Virus record (IMG/VR): IMGVR_UViG_3300002037_000002
Location: 1 to 37,491 of that record
Source of the DNA: a virus
Strand: one strand, 5' to 3'
DNA: 37,491 nt
Shown: positions 22,888-32,210 of the stretch, piece after piece
Position numbering within the stretch: position 1 is the stretch's first letter
How the letters are laid out: the number at the start of each line of letters is the position of its first letter
Position numbers and translations under genes: made by a program
The notes under the pieces: generated by a model
What the model was told of the DNA's origin: nothing
Seen by the model: only the letters and a program-made list of their open reading frames with translations
Databases searched by the model: none

Positions 22888-23868
22888 ATGACTTGGTCAC
22901 AACGTAGAGCACTCCTCATGGGAGGACAAGTCGCATTCGCACCGGCTGGAGAGCCAGCGGGCGGAGGTGGCGACCCAGACCCAGACCCAACACCCAGCCC
23001 AGACCCAGACCCCGCCGATCCTCAGCCCGGCGGCTCAATCCTTGATTTGGCAAAGCCAGACGACGACAAACCCGATCCTGATGCGGAGCCGGGCGATTAC
23101 AAGGCTCCTGACTTCGTCGCTGAACACCTTCGCGGCAAGGACGCCGACGAAACTCTTGAGAAGATACACACGGCCTATAAGGGCGCGCGTGACAAGCTGG
23201 CAAAGGGCACCGGCGCGCTGGAAGGTGAGGTGCCGGACGCAGCAGACGCCTACAGCTTTTCAGACCAGGGCACCGAGGAAGAGCCGGACAAGGTCTTTGC
23301 CGAGCTGTCCTCGGAGGCGTCAAAGCCGTTGGTTGATATGGCCAAGGCCGCTGCGCACAAGATGGGTATTCCAGACAAAGCCTTTGAAGGCTTCATGCGC
23401 GAATTCGTGCAGGCCGGTGGTGAAGCGGGCATTCCGTTTGGACTGAGCGACGAGGAAGCCGAGGAGATCAGTGCTGAGGCTGAAATGGAAAAGCTGACCG
23501 AGATCACAGGGTCTGGGGCCGAAGCGTCCACCATGGTCAACACGGTTATGACTTACGCGCAAAAGATGGTTGATCGCGGCGTGATGACCAAAGAGCAGAT
23601 TGGTGAATTCAAGGTCATGGTCGGCACAGCCGAGAGCGTGCAGATTTTCTACAACATGCTCGTGGGTGAAATGGGCGAGCGCCCAATCCCACCCGGCGAT
23701 CCCGACACGGGCACAGTCACGCCGCAGGAAGCCTATGCGATGCACGAGGCGGCGGCCAAAATGCCGGACGGTGCCGAAAAGGATCAGGCCATGGCCGAAG
23801 CCAATAAGGCGATGAACAAAGCCTACGGTCAAAATCCGACCGGATCGGTCCCCAGCAACGTGCTATAG
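22888..23868 (+). CDS. Scaffolding protein
   Basis: Acidic, helix-rich 326-aa protein with a Pro/Asp-rich N-terminus (DPDPDPTPSPDPDPADP), between portal and major capsid. Confidence 0.7.
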   Translation: MTWSQRRALLMGGQVAFAPAGEPAGGGGDPDPDPTPSPDPDPADPQPGGSILDLAKPDDDKPDPDAEPGDYKAPDFVAEHLRGKDADETLEKIHTAYKGARDKLAKGTGALEGEVPDAADAYSFSDQGTEEEPDKVFAELSSEASKPLVDMAKAAAHKMGIPDKAFEGFMREFVQAGGEAGIPFGLSDEEAEEISAEAEMEKLTEITGSGAEASTMVNTVMTYAQKMVDRGVMTKEQIGEFKVMVGTAESVQIFYNMLVGEMGERPIPPGDPDTGTVTPQEAYAMHEAAAKMPDGAEKDQAMAEANKAMNKAYGQNPTGSVPSNVL

Positions 23869-23895
23869 GCTTCACTGTTCCTTATCTCATAACTT

Positions 23896-23923
23896 CCCGC
23901 CGCTAACCCGGCGGGATTTTTTT
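23896..23923 (+). terminator. Rho-independent terminator after the scaffold gene
   Basis: cccgccg (23896-23902), loop ctaacc, cggcggg (23909-23915), then a plus ttttttt (23917-23923). Confidence 0.8.
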
Positions 23924-24065
23924 CTTGACCCTTGCGCGGCCTTTGTGCCAGTTCTGGGGTAAGATGCAGACCCTAAGAGACGTGGCACCCGGCATTTAGC
24001 GACAGGCCCGCGCAACTCCATGGCCCTCGATCTTTCCCGAAAATGAAACCTTGAAGGATTGAGAA

Positions 24066-24908
24066 ATGTCAAAATCCCTACCCGTTGCGGCGATTGCCAG
24101 CTTTGACGCTGACATCAAGCACGCATACCAGGATCACCGGAAGCTCCGCGAATGTGTGCGGATCAAGCAAGGTGTTGTTGGTAAAACTCACCGCTTTCCG
24201 ACGCTGAGCGCTGGTCTTGCGACCAAACGCGTTCCGCAGACCGACGTTGTGCCAATGAACCTCCAGCACGATAACCAGACGGTTACGCTTGAGGATTGGA
24301 ACGCGGCGGAATTCACCGACGTTTTTGATGAGCAAAAGACAAACGTGTCTGAGCGCGCTGAGCTGGCCATGTCCATCGCCAAGGCGATTGGCCGCCGCGA
24401 GGATCAGCTTATCATTGACGCGCTGGAAGCTACCGCCACGAGCCTGAGCGTGGGCACTGAGGTCGGCGGCGCGGCCTCTGACCTCAACGTGACCAAGCTC
24501 CGCCGCATTGGCCGCCTTCTGGGCGACAATGGCGTGGGCGAGGATGAGGACATCACGTTCGTGGGGTCTTACTTCGGCAAAGAGGGCTTGCTCGGCGAGA
24601 CAGAAACCACGTCGGCGGATTACAACTCCGTGCGTGCGTTGACGAATGGCGAGATCGGCGAGTTCCTGAATATGTCGTACAAGTGGATTGCGTCGCGCGC
24701 TGAGGGCGGTCTGGATAAGACCGGCAACGAGCGCACCAATTTCGCTTTCGCCAAAACCGCAGTTGGCCATGCCATTGGCATCGACCAGCGCCTTGAGGTC
24801 AATTACATCCCGACAAAAACGTCCTGGCTTGCGAACATGTTGTTCTCTGCCGGTTCGGTCGAGATTGACGCGGGCGGTGTGGTCGAGGTTACGACAACCG
24901 AGGCTTAA
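24066..24908 (+). CDS. Major capsid protein
   Basis: AAGGA 8 nt upstream. 280 aa. Lies between the scaffold and tail tubular genes. The transcription unit is bracketed by two terminators. Confidence 0.8.
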   Translation: MSKSLPVAAIASFDADIKHAYQDHRKLRECVRIKQGVVGKTHRFPTLSAGLATKRVPQTDVVPMNLQHDNQTVTLEDWNAAEFTDVFDEQKTNVSERAELAMSIAKAIGRREDQLIIDALEATATSLSVGTEVGGAASDLNVTKLRRIGRLLGDNGVGEDEDITFVGSYFGKEGLLGETETTSADYNSVRALTNGEIGEFLNMSYKWIASRAEGGLDKTGNERTNFAFAKTAVGHAIGIDQRLEVNYIPTKTSWLANMLFSAGSVEIDAGGVVEVTTTEA

Positions 24909-24968
24909 TGGCTCACGGCGAGCGGCTGGTCGGTCGCTCGCTCCTGAAACTTTCGAGAGGATAGCCCA

Positions 24969-25217
24969 ATGGCTTTTAACATTCGCAACCTGGAGAACCA
25001 CGCTGGCTCTGGCGGCGGCGTTAAGCTCTGGTCCTACGACGCAGGCGACGACAACCGCGCCGCCGTCAAGGGGGCCGGATATTTTAACGACGCAGCCGCG
25101 ATGCTTGCCGTGGGGGATCGCATCGCGGTTCACGCCACTGACTTTGATTTTGATTGCCACGTTTCCGCCAATGCGGCGGGAGTTGTTACGATTGCGGCAG
25201 TGGACGCCTTCGCCTAA
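24969..25217 (+). CDS. Small conserved protein downstream of the capsid gene (possible decoration/minor capsid protein)
   Basis: GAGAGGA 8 nt upstream; 82 aa. The motif GAGYFNDAAAMLAVGDRIAV resembles a small protein often found after podovirus capsid genes. Confidence 0.6.
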   Translation: MAFNIRNLENHAGSGGGVKLWSYDAGDDNRAAVKGAGYFNDAAAMLAVGDRIAVHATDFDFDCHVSANAAGVVTIAAVDAFA

Positions 25218-25245
25218 TCCGCTGGGGTGTGGACTGGCGAAATTG

Positions 25246-25279
25246 GGCCGAGGCTTTAACGGGCCTCGGCCTTTTTCTT
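25246..25279 (+). terminator. Rho-independent terminator after the capsid unit
   Basis: ggccgaggc (25246-25254), loop tttaacgg, gcctcggcc (25263-25271), then tttttctt. Confidence 0.85.
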
Positions 25280-25293
25280 AGGAAGGAAATGGC

Positions 25294-25944
25294 ATGGCCG
25301 ACAGCCGCGAAGATGTAGCCTCACAAGCGCTTGCGCGCCTCGGGGAGCCGTCAATCTCCTCGTTTGACGAGGACACAGACACCGCCGAAAAAGTGGCGCT
25401 CCTGTATGAGCAAACGATCCTCGGCCTCCTGTCCTCCTATGATTGGTCTTTCGCGCAAAAGCGCGCAGTTCTGAGCGAGGATGCAAATGCCAATCTCGTC
25501 AATGAATGGAAGCGCGGGTTTCTCATGCCTGCCCTGCGCACCGAGCGCGTCGGCAAGCCTCTGGCGGTATTCAACAGCCTGAGCGTGGGCGCGTCGCCTG
25601 TGTTTCAGTATGAGGCGGATCAGCGCTGGATTTACACGAATGAGACCACTTGCGTGATCGAGTATATCGCCCGCGAACCAGAGGCGGCGTGGCCGGGGTA
25701 TTTTCTGGAGTTGGCAGTTGAGGCGCTGGCCTCAAAGCTCGCCTTGCCTGTCACTGAAAACCAAAGCAAGGAAGTGCATCACCGCGTTGTGGCCTTCGGC
25801 ACCGCCGGGCAAAAGGGCCGGGGTGGATTGTTCGGTACCGCGGCAGAGGCAGACGCCGCAGGAGAGCCAACCCAGAGCCTGCTTGACGATCATGACCCAA
25901 TGGCGGAGGCCCGGTTTGGTGGCCTCTTGAACCGGGGATTCTAA
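25294..25944 (+). CDS. Tail tubular protein A (T7 gp11-like adaptor)
   Basis: 216 aa. The N-terminus DVASQALARLGEPSISSFDEDTDTAEKVALLYEQTILGLLSSYDWSFA fits the gp11-type pattern. Lies upstream of the large tubular B gene. Confidence 0.7.
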   Translation: MADSREDVASQALARLGEPSISSFDEDTDTAEKVALLYEQTILGLLSSYDWSFAQKRAVLSEDANANLVNEWKRGFLMPALRTERVGKPLAVFNSLSVGASPVFQYEADQRWIYTNETTCVIEYIAREPEAAWPGYFLELAVEALASKLALPVTENQSKEVHHRVVAFGTAGQKGRGGLFGTAAEADAAGEPTQSLLDDHDPMAEARFGGLLNRGF

Positions 25945-28499
25945 TGCCAACAGGACGCCACCTTCAAACCTCACTTGCGTCAGGCGAGTTTGACCCGCTC
26001 TTGTGGAACCGGGAGGACGTGTCGTTCTTCTACAATTCCGCGCGGGTCGTGGAAAATGCTGTTCCGCTCCCTCAGGGCGGCGCAAAGCGGCGTGAGGGCT
26101 GGCGCTACCGTGGTCTGCAGCGCGGAGCAATCTCGGCGATTGATATCTCTGGCGCAACCGTCACGACAGCCAATGGCGGAACCGCGGCCTCAGCAACCGA
26201 CGGGGACGATCAGACAGCCTTCACCACCACCACGGCAATCGGTGTGACGGCTGAATATGAGGTCATCCGCCTTGATCTGGCGGCGGGTGTTGATGTGACC
26301 ATGATTGACTTTGATGCGCTGCGCCTCACAAGTCTGCCGACGGGCGTAGAGAGTGCAGCCCTTGCCCTGCAAAGTTCGGATGATGCGGCGGCCTGGACAA
26401 CGCTGCAGAGCCTTGAGGTGGGCACGAGCGCCTTTAACCGCCGCTTTGCAGCTAAGCCCGACGCCCTCTTGTCAGAGGCGCGGTATGTGCGGCTCGTGGT
26501 TTTGTCGGGCGTTGACCTTGAGGGGGCAACCGTTGAATTTTTGGATCTGAAATTCTGGATTGAGGCGGGGTGGTCAGCAGTCGATGCGGAGCCAGGCGAA
26601 TTCTCTATTCACCGGATTACGAGCGACATTGAAAACGAGTATCACATGGTTTTGACCGCCGGGTGCGCGGAGGTCTACCGGACAGACACAGGGGTCTGGG
26701 TGGCGTCAATCGCCATGCCGCACACGGATAGTCAGGTGCGCCGGATCAAGCGGGCCGCTCGGCTCGATACGATCATTTTCTTTCACCAGGACGTGCCGCC
26801 CTGGCAGGCCCAGCGCCTCGGATCGGATGCGGACTGGCGGAGCGGCGCGGTCGAGTTTGATAGCGTTGTGGAATTCCCGTTTGATGATGGCGAGGTTTCG
26901 GGCGGAGAGAATGAAATCCAGCAGTTCCGCTTTGACAGCATGGCGGCGGGCAACAAGTTTGTGTTTGAGTACAACGGCGAAAAGTCGGACGAGGTGGTCT
27001 GGAATGCCACGGCGGCCACCAATGCCACCAATATGCAGGCGGCCATTTTGACCTTGAGCGATATCAGCTCGGTGACGGTGGCGTCTGACACAGACGTCGC
27101 AACAAATACGGTGTTCACGGTAGAATTCACGGGCGAGGATGGCGAGCAACGCTGGCCGGTGCTTGTGGTCGATATTCTCAGCGGATCGGGCACAGTGGAG
27201 GTTGAGCGCCGCCAGTTTGGCCGCAAGCCCTTCGATTTACTTTGGTCAGAAACGCGGGGATACCCGAGCTGCGGGGCGTTCTATCAAGGTCGGTGGTGGC
27301 TGGGCGGCTTTCGCTCTCGCCCGGACGTCCTGGTCGGGTCGAGGGCCGGCGCCTTCTTTGAGTTCAAGGAAGATGCTGACCCGGTTGCCGGATCGCCGAT
27401 TGTGGTTTCGCCGAGCATTGATGAACAAATTACAATCCACGAGGTTTACCCAGGGCGGCACCTCCAGATTTTCACAAGCTCCGCCGAGCTGTATGTCCCG
27501 GACGAGCCGATCACGGTGGACAATATCGCCATTCGCGTGACCTCACGGCACGGCTCGAATGAGGACACGCAGCCGGTAGACATTCAGGGCGGCACCATGT
27601 TTGCAGATCGCAACGGTCGCACCCTGCGCGAATATCTGTTTCAAGACGCGGAGCAAAACTATTCCGCCGAGCCGATCTCCATCTTGGCCGGGCACCTCAT
27701 GGCAAAACCTCGCTCTATTGTTTTGCGCCGGGCGCGAGACGTGGACGAGCCAACTTTGCTCTTGCTGGCCAACACGGGAGAGGATCGCGACGGCAACACG
27801 GTTCCAGCGGCCATGATTGTGATTGACCGGGTTCAGCAGGTGACAGGGTTTTTTCGGGTCAAGACCAAGGGTACTCCGCTCGAATTCTCCACCTCGCAGG
27901 AGGGCGATGCCTTTGTTGTGACGCGCCGCGAACTGGCGGGCAATCCGTGGAATTACATCGAACAGTTTGACGAGACATGCCTGTCCGACGCAGGTGTCAA
28001 AATCCAAGGCTCTGGGTCATCCATCGACCTCAGGGGCGTGGCGGATCACCTCAGTGACGAGGAGGTCTTTGTCCATGTTGATGGCCTTCCGGCGGGTTCA
28101 TACATCGCAACGGACGGGCAAATCGACCTTGGCGAGCTGTCTTACGAAAACGAGGTTGAGGTTGGTCTGCGGATGGTGCCTCGGATTGTGCTGCATCCGT
28201 ATAAGGGCCGGGGTGATACCTCTCCGACCATGAAGAACATGCGGATTTTCCGGGCACTCCTGCAGCTTGAGCGGACTGGCGCAATCGCGATTGGCATGGA
28301 TGGCGGGCGGCCTCGTCCCGTGTCGCTACAAAACCATGACAGCGGAACGATGGACCCGACAGCCGAAGAGGTGCTATTGACAGGGCAACGCCGGGTGTCT
28401 GGCATTGGGCGCTGGCAAATTGAGCCAGCTCTGGAGATCACGCAAATTGATCCAATGCCGTTTTTGCTGCGCTCGGTAACTTATGATGTGCGATATTGA
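25944..28499 (+). CDS. Tail tubular protein B (T7 gp12-like nozzle) with N-terminal insertion
   Basis: 851 aa. TAATG overlap with tubular A. Position and size fit. Residues about 70-200 look like an inserted carbohydrate-binding (discoidin-like) module. Confidence 0.7.
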   Translation: MPTGRHLQTSLASGEFDPLLWNREDVSFFYNSARVVENAVPLPQGGAKRREGWRYRGLQRGAISAIDISGATVTTANGGTAASATDGDDQTAFTTTTAIGVTAEYEVIRLDLAAGVDVTMIDFDALRLTSLPTGVESAALALQSSDDAAAWTTLQSLEVGTSAFNRRFAAKPDALLSEARYVRLVVLSGVDLEGATVEFLDLKFWIEAGWSAVDAEPGEFSIHRITSDIENEYHMVLTAGCAEVYRTDTGVWVASIAMPHTDSQVRRIKRAARLDTIIFFHQDVPPWQAQRLGSDADWRSGAVEFDSVVEFPFDDGEVSGGENEIQQFRFDSMAAGNKFVFEYNGEKSDEVVWNATAATNATNMQAAILTLSDISSVTVASDTDVATNTVFTVEFTGEDGEQRWPVLVVDILSGSGTVEVERRQFGRKPFDLLWSETRGYPSCGAFYQGRWWLGGFRSRPDVLVGSRAGAFFEFKEDADPVAGSPIVVSPSIDEQITIHEVYPGRHLQIFTSSAELYVPDEPITVDNIAIRVTSRHGSNEDTQPVDIQGGTMFADRNGRTLREYLFQDAEQNYSAEPISILAGHLMAKPRSIVLRRARDVDEPTLLLLANTGEDRDGNTVPAAMIVIDRVQQVTGFFRVKTKGTPLEFSTSQEGDAFVVTRRELAGNPWNYIEQFDETCLSDAGVKIQGSGSSIDLRGVADHLSDEEVFVHVDGLPAGSYIATDGQIDLGELSYENEVEVGLRMVPRIVLHPYKGRGDTSPTMKNMRIFRALLQLERTGAIAIGMDGGRPRPVSLQNHDSGTMDPTAEEVLLTGQRRVSGIGRWQIEPALEITQIDPMPFLLRSVTYDVRY

Positions 28500-28511
28500 G
28501 AGGGGCGGATC

Positions 28512-29051
28512 ATGGCCACAGCTTTTCTAGCGATTGGATCAAGCCTCGGTCTCGGAGGGGCCGCAGCAGGTGCGGGGGCCACCGCAGGAGCTGCGGCGGG
28601 GGCCGCAGGGCTTGCGGGGGGTATCTCCACAATCAGCCAGATTTTGAGCGCTGGATCAGCCCTCGCAGCGATTGGCCAGGGCTTCGCTGCAAGCAATAGG
28701 CTCAAGGGCGAGGCGGCGCTTGCCAACGCCGAGGCCACCCAAGAGGAGGCCGCAGGGGCCGCTCGGGCGCGTGATTTGGCTCGGGAGTATGCCGAGCTGC
28801 GCTCTGAACAGGGTGTCATTCAGGCGGCCAATGGGCTGAATACGGATATCGGCACGCCGGAAAACGTCGCGCGCAGCACGGCGAAAATGGCCGAGCGCAA
28901 TCTCTCTGTGACGCGCAGCAACACGCGCAACCGCACACGGATTGCCCGGCTCCGGGCGCGGGGCCTGAATTCTGAGGCGGGCGCTGCATTGTTCAAGGGG
29001 TTCGGGAGCGCTGGCTCTATCGCGCTCGATAGTTTCCAACTGACGGGGTAA
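28512..29051 (+). CDS. Internal virion protein (Gly/Ala-rich N-terminus)
   Basis: GAGGGG upstream; 179 aa. Hydrophobic Gly/Ala-rich N-terminus then a helical region. First of the core-protein block. Confidence 0.6.
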   Translation: MATAFLAIGSSLGLGGAAAGAGATAGAAAGAAGLAGGISTISQILSAGSALAAIGQGFAASNRLKGEAALANAEATQEEAAGAARARDLAREYAELRSEQGVIQAANGLNTDIGTPENVARSTAKMAERNLSVTRSNTRNRTRIARLRARGLNSEAGAALFKGFGSAGSIALDSFQLTG

Positions 29052-29054
29052 AAG

Positions 29055-32000
29055 ATGCCTTCAATTCGCCGCTACGGCCCTTCCCTCGTCGCCCCAGAGG
29101 TCCAGCCGCGCGCCCAGCTCGGGCGGGGCGCGGAGGTCGCATTCGAAACCTTCCAGGCGGGCTTTGACAAGGTCAATGAATTCCTGCGCCCTGCCGTAGT
29201 TCGTGAGCGGACGATCCTTGGCGAAAAAGAGGCGCTGGCCGATATTGAGAAAAGCGGACCGAGGTTCGAGCTGGAACAAACGCGCGGGCCGGGTGAGGTT
29301 GCACTGGAGATCGGCAGGACCAAGAGCGCAGGTGTTGGGCCGCCCACAAAGGTGAACGCCGCGCTTGCGCGCGCGTCTCGCCAGTCGGGCGTGCCGGTTT
29401 CGTACCTTAAAACCATTGCGTTTCTGGAGAGTGGATTTAACCCCAACGCACAGAACCCCAAAAGTTCGGCGGGTGGCCTGTTTCAATTCATTGACAGCAC
29501 GGCGGCGGCGTTTGGTCTGCAGGATCGTTTTGATGTGGATCAGTCCTCTGAGGCCGGTGCGCGGTTCTTGCTGGAGAATTACTCGCCCCTTTCGCGGATT
29601 TTGGGGCGCCAGCCTACCATTGGCGAGTTGTATCTAAACCAGCAAGGCGCAGGCGGTGCCTCCAAACTTCTGAGCAATCCGGGCGCGCGGGCTGTTGATA
29701 TCGTCGGGGCCGATGCTGTGCAGCTTAATGGCGGCAATTCGGATATGACCGCGCAAGAGTTCGCAAATATCTGGATTAACAAGGCCAACGCGGCAGGTGC
29801 AAAGTTTGGAGCTGATGGCGCGAGCATCACTGTGCCAACCCCTGCCGAATATGAGCTGCGCCAAACTAACGCGAATTCGTTTGAGCCGCGCATCCCGTTC
29901 ACCGTCAAGGACGAGGCGTTCAATGCATCTGCGGGCCGGGTTATCCAGTCTCGGGCCATGGTGGCGCTTGAAGACGGTATGGCTGCCGCGCAACAAAAGG
30001 CAAACGGCGATCTTGGCGTGTTGCAAGACGAGCTGGAAAAGGTCAAATCCACAGTGTTCGGGGGCCTTCCTGACGATTTGCCGGGCCTGAAAACAAGCCT
30101 GGAACAAAGCTTCAATCGCTCGGCCTCAGTCGCAAAACGGCAGGCTATCCAGCTCGCAGAGCGTCGCGTCATGGCGCAGCAACAAGAGGCTTTCTCAACC
30201 GCAGTGGGTGCAATCAAGGGCGAGGCGGACAGGCTGGCCCTGACTGGCGCGAGCGGTGCTGAGGTTGCGGAGCATATGGCGAATTCGCAATCCGCCCTGA
30301 TCCAGTTTGGCCCCCGCGAGGGGTTCACGCTGAACGGGCAGGAATACCCGGCAGACCCAACCCGCGCCGGAACCATGACGCCCGCCGCTATTGGTCAACA
30401 GCTTGCCAGGATCGGGCAGGCATCCGCACGTCTAATGATTGAGGCAGAATATGCAAAATCGGCCGCGCCAGGGCAATTCGTGGATGAATTCCGCCGCCAA
30501 GTATTTGAGGGTAATTCGCCACTTCCTGCCGGGGAAAGCCTCCAGCTCCTATCCCAACTTGAAGGCAAGGCACGCGCTGCAGAGAGCGCGCGTCGCAAGG
30601 CGGCAGACGCGGCAAAAGCGCAGGTCTTGAAAGAGACAGACGACCGGATCAACACCTTTGTGGAATTCACCGAGGCAGGCGTCCCGGTGGCTATTCCGCA
30701 GGCAGAGCGGCAGGCTATTATCTCGGCGCTGTCGCCCTATCCTGAATTGCAGCGTGAGGCGCAGGAAAAATTTGCCGTGGCGGACGCGGCTGTCGAGACG
30801 CACGGGATGAACGGCGCGGAGCTGACAGCCTATGCCGATGCGGTGCGGGCTGATGTGCAAGCCTCGGTCGAGCGCGGCGAGCTGGATCTGGAAGGCGTGG
30901 CCGTTCTGCATTCATTGGAGGATCGGGTCAAAAAGGCGCAAGACGCTATCAGCGCGGAAATGATCGGCCTGTCATTTGTGGAGCAACTGGCGGTCGATGG
31001 TGTAACGGCGGACGAGGTGGACTATGAAGCTCTGCGCGAGCGCGCTCGCGGCAATCAAGATGTGCTGAACGAAATCGCCGAGGTTGAGAGTTTCCATCGC
31101 AGCCTTGAGGCGGTTAAGCATCTCGATGCAGATGAGCGCGAGACAGCCTTGGAGATTGCCCGCAAAAAGCTGGAGGACTTAGCCGCCAAGGGTGGCGAGT
31201 TTGGGCAAGAGGCACTAGCCACGCAAAAGATCATTGACCGCCTGACGGAGTGGTCCACGCATGTCGAGGGCTTGGCTGGATCGGACGCGGTGAAATTTGC
31301 ACAAATCAAAGGCATTCCACTTGCTCCCATGGAAGGACTTGAGAGCCTGTCGGATGCGGGTACCGTGTTGGCCGAGCGGATTGCGGCAGTGCAACCGGCC
31401 TCCATGGCTGAGGGAGTTGATCATCCGGTGCCGCTCTCGCGCGAGGAGCTGGACGGGATGATAGACCTCTACCGCGACAGCCCGCGCGGTCAGCAGATGA
31501 GCTTTATTTCCTCCATTGCAGCGCTGGGCCAGGATCAGGCGGCGGCTGTGTTTGACAAGGTCGGAGCCGGGGAGCCGGCCCTTTTCGCTGCGGGCACGAT
31601 TTACCTTGGCGGAAACCACGAGGCGGCCTCCACAATTCTGCGCGGAGCTGGTGACGTGAAGCTTGACGGCGGGACGTCGGCAGACGTCGCAGCCGCTCGG
31701 GCGAATTCTATTGGCCCGCTCTTGGAGGCAGACCTCATTCGCGCGGACAGCGTCAAGGGACTGGACACGGCGGCGCTGGCTTACGCGCGGGGCGTGGCTC
31801 TGTCAGAGGGCGGCAGGCCGATTGAAAGCGGGGACTTGGCCGAGGGGTACGAGGTCGCTATTGGCAGGCAACAGGACGGCACAGGCGGCCTTGCTGAGAC
31901 GTCTTACGGTGTGACCTTGGCTCCTCCCGGTTGGGTTGGCTCACGCGGTCTCAATCCGTTTGCGGCGGGTAAGTCGATTGAAGCGGCGATTGACAGCATT

Positions 32001-32210
32001 GATGACGAGAAACTTGCAGAGATTGCGGGCGGATCGGTGGTTGATATTCAGGGGCGCACCATTGACGCGAGCGCTCTGTTGCGTTCGATTGAGGGCCTGC
32101 AGCGGGTTCCTGACGACGACATGATCCTTGTGCCACGCGATGCGGATGGCGGGTTCTTCATGACGGAAACCGGAATTCTCACGTTTGACCTGGAGGAGCT
32201 GGTCGAGTGA
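29055..32210 (+). CDS. Internal virion / ejection protein with lytic transglycosylase (SLT) domain
   Basis: YLKTIAFLESGFNPNAQNPKSSAGGLFQFIDSTAAAFGL matches the SLT catalytic E-S and GLxQ motifs (about 29397-29580); 1051 aa; mostly helical remainder. Confidence 0.8.
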   Translation: MPSIRRYGPSLVAPEVQPRAQLGRGAEVAFETFQAGFDKVNEFLRPAVVRERTILGEKEALADIEKSGPRFELEQTRGPGEVALEIGRTKSAGVGPPTKVNAALARASRQSGVPVSYLKTIAFLESGFNPNAQNPKSSAGGLFQFIDSTAAAFGLQDRFDVDQSSEAGARFLLENYSPLSRILGRQPTIGELYLNQQGAGGASKLLSNPGARAVDIVGADAVQLNGGNSDMTAQEFANIWINKANAAGAKFGADGASITVPTPAEYELRQTNANSFEPRIPFTVKDEAFNASAGRVIQSRAMVALEDGMAAAQQKANGDLGVLQDELEKVKSTVFGGLPDDLPGLKTSLEQSFNRSASVAKRQAIQLAERRVMAQQQEAFSTAVGAIKGEADRLALTGASGAEVAEHMANSQSALIQFGPREGFTLNGQEYPADPTRAGTMTPAAIGQQLARIGQASARLMIEAEYAKSAAPGQFVDEFRRQVFEGNSPLPAGESLQLLSQLEGKARAAESARRKAADAAKAQVLKETDDRINTFVEFTEAGVPVAIPQAERQAIISALSPYPELQREAQEKFAVADAAVETHGMNGAELTAYADAVRADVQASVERGELDLEGVAVLHSLEDRVKKAQDAISAEMIGLSFVEQLAVDGVTADEVDYEALRERARGNQDVLNEIAEVESFHRSLEAVKHLDADERETALEIARKKLEDLAAKGGEFGQEALATQKIIDRLTEWSTHVEGLAGSDAVKFAQIKGIPLAPMEGLESLSDAGTVLAERIAAVQPASMAEGVDHPVPLSREELDGMIDLYRDSPRGQQMSFISSIAALGQDQAAAVFDKVGAGEPALFAAGTIYLGGNHEAASTILRGAGDVKLDGGTSADVAAARANSIGPLLEADLIRADSVKGLDTAALAYARGVALSEGGRPIESGDLAEGYEVAIGRQQDGTGGLAETSYGVTLAPPGWVGSRGLNPFAAGKSIEAAIDSIDDEKLAEIAGGSVVDIQGRTIDASALLRSIEGLQRVPDDDMILVPRDADGGFFMTETGILTFDLEELVE

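Noticed and set aside
23925-23965. Sigma70-type promoter for the capsid gene (TTGACC at 23925, TAAGAT at 23960)
   Set aside because: The spacing between the two hexamers is 29 nt, and no acceptable -10 lies 16-18 nt from the -35. No promoter feature is claimed.
24078-25160. 360-aa minus-strand ORF spanning the capsid gene, the following gap and the 82-aa gene
   Set aside because: It is antisense to a recognisable capsid gene that has a good RBS. It has no RBS of its own. Its Arg/Ala/Gly/Val-rich composition is typical of stop-poor antisense frames in GC-rich coding DNA.
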